From positions 1 through 41,061 of the IMG/VR virus record IMGVR_UViG_3300045988_053295: a stretch of DNA of 41,061 bases; one strand, given 5' to 3'. The DNA comes from a virus. Both the position numbers and the translations under genes were made by a program. A model generated the notes under the pieces. That model was given only the letters and a program-made list of their open reading frames with translations, was not told where the DNA came from and ran no database searches. This document shows positions 40,356-41,061 of this stretch, in pieces; the first letter of the stretch is position 1; each line of letters opens with the position of its first letter.

Positions 40356-40594
40356 TTGTTTTCCAAGTCCTCCTTCAAATCATCAGTTTCGGGCGGTATC
40401 AGCTCGCTCGGAATCTCCAGCGGGCAATAATACCCGCGTTTCTGCCACGCCGGAATCAATTCCCCAGTCCTCATGCACTGCCGCCTGCTATACGTTTGCA
40501 GCAGGGGGCAAATATCACATTCGATATGCCCGGTGGGAAAAAAGATTGATACCCGGCATTCGCACGGTATGTATATCTCTTCGGCGCGCGTCAT
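40352..40594 (-). CDS. Cys-rich hypothetical protein (80 aa)
   Basis: ATGA overlap with the upstream stop. The sequence includes IPCECRV...HIECDICP. Confidence 0.5.
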   Translation of the reverse strand: MTRAEEIYIPCECRVSIFFPTGHIECDICPLLQTYSRRQCMRTGELIPAWQKRGYYCPLEIPSELIPPETDDLKEDLENK

Positions 40595-41061
40595 TCAGCC
40601 TCCACAAATTCACTGTTTTTCAGGCAGTACCATGTATCGGCCTTGATCTTCTCGCCGTCGACAATTGCCGCCTTGACAGCAATAATCGGATGTGCCTCCC
40701 CGTCCCATTCGCCGCGCTCGACACAGCAGATCGCGCAGCCAAGAGCACCCATTGCTTTACACTCATATCCAGCTGCAAGAGCAACACCGGCTTTGCCCGT
40801 GGCGGAGGCCGCGCCCTGATAGCCTGTGGCCGATGCTGCGCCCCGATTGCCTGTGGCCGATGCTGCGCCCCGATTGCCTGTGGCCGATGCTGCGCCCCGA
40901 TTGCCTGTGGCGGAGGCCGCGCCCTGATCGCCTGTGGCCGATGCTGCGCCCCGATTGCCTGTGGCCGATGCTGCGCCCTGATAGCCTGTGGCCGATGCTG
41001 CGCCCTGATTGCCTGTGGCCGATGCTGCGCCCCGATTGCCTGTGGCGGAGGCCGCGCCCTG
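40591..41061 (-). CDS. Nonapeptide-repeat protein, C-terminal part (continuation of 1..857)
   Basis: The frame is open from 41061 to the stop at 40591-40593. Repeats are followed by KAGVALAAGYECKAMGALGCAICCVERGEWDGEAHPIIAVKAAIVDGEKIKADTWYCLKNSEFVEAE. It is absent from the ORF track because there is no start inside the window. Confidence 0.8.
   Translation of the reverse strand, partial: QGAASATGNRGAASATGNQGAASATGYQGAASATGNRGAASATGDQGAASATGNRGAASATGNRGAASATGNRGAASATGYQGAASATGKAGVALAAGYECKAMGALGCAICCVERGEWDGEAHPIIAVKAAIVDGEKIKADTWYCLKNSEFVEAE
40795..41061. repeat. Same 27-nt tandem repeat, 10 phased unit starts
   Basis: Units start at 40795+27k (k=0..9). The last 53 nt equal nt 1-53. Confidence 0.95.

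Larger units (their letters stand above)
1..41061. mobile_element. Complete temperate tailed-phage genome, circularly permuted (contig breaks inside a tandem repeat)
   Basis: Integrase, CI/Cro pair, ERF/SSB, TerS/TerL, portal, capsid, holin and endolysin are all present. nt 1-53 are identical to nt 41009-41061. One gene is continuous and in frame across the junction. Confidence 0.85.

Noticed and set aside
1-41061. Diversity-generating retroelement, retron, transposon or toxin-antitoxin pair
   Set aside because: No reverse-transcriptase, transposase or recognisable toxin motifs occur in any frame. The repeated fibre and cap segments lack the template/variable-repeat adenine-specific pattern of a DGR.
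41009-41061. Interpreting the 53-nt end identity as a genuine phage direct terminal repeat
   Set aside because: The overlap is short, lies inside a tandem array and falls in the middle of a gene. It is more consistent with assembler closure of a circular or circularly permuted genome. Without reads this cannot be settled.

Overview
The window reads as one complete, GC-rich temperate tailed-phage genome of about 41.0 kb, circularly permuted. The first 53 nt equal the last 53 nt, and both ends lie in the same 27-nt tandem repeat. A minus-strand gene starting at 857 therefore leaves the left end and re-enters in frame from the right end, stopping at 40591. Modules: (1) Lysogeny, 2105-5380: Cro-like and CI-like XRE regulators with face-to-face promoters, a low-GC membrane-protein moron, a membrane-anchored HTH protein, a tyrosine integrase, and an attP-like site carrying a tRNA 3' end and arm repeats. 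(2) Early/replication operon on the minus strand, 2086 down to 1 and 41061 down to 32482: nonapeptide-repeat protein, ERF, SSB, replication organiser, C5 methyltransferase, ASCH, DUF4406-like, Lar-like, RuvC-like, and many small Cys-rich ORFs. (3) An oppositely oriented six-gene accessory operon, 29949-32371, with its own operator-bearing promoter and a J-domain protein, followed by a candidate small RNA. (4) Late operon on the minus strand, 29714 down to 7032: TerS, a 560-nt non-coding gap, TerL, scaffold, capsid, portal, fibre-like proteins, a 2195-aa giant protein, a collagen-like fibre, holins and endolysin. (5) A terminator-insulated three-gene cassette of unknown function next to att, 5382-6868. 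No tail tube or tape-measure set was recognised, so a podovirus-like virion with a giant internal or ejected protein is likely. No rRNA, full tRNA, CRISPR array, reverse transcriptase or transposase was seen. The most unusual items are the att-proximal cassette with phased repeats, the opposite-strand J-domain operon plus sRNA candidate, the synonymous-mosaic repeat protein, the membrane-tethered HTH next to int, and the giant protein with a low-GC nuclease-like insert. All family names are motif recognition from memory; no searches were run.
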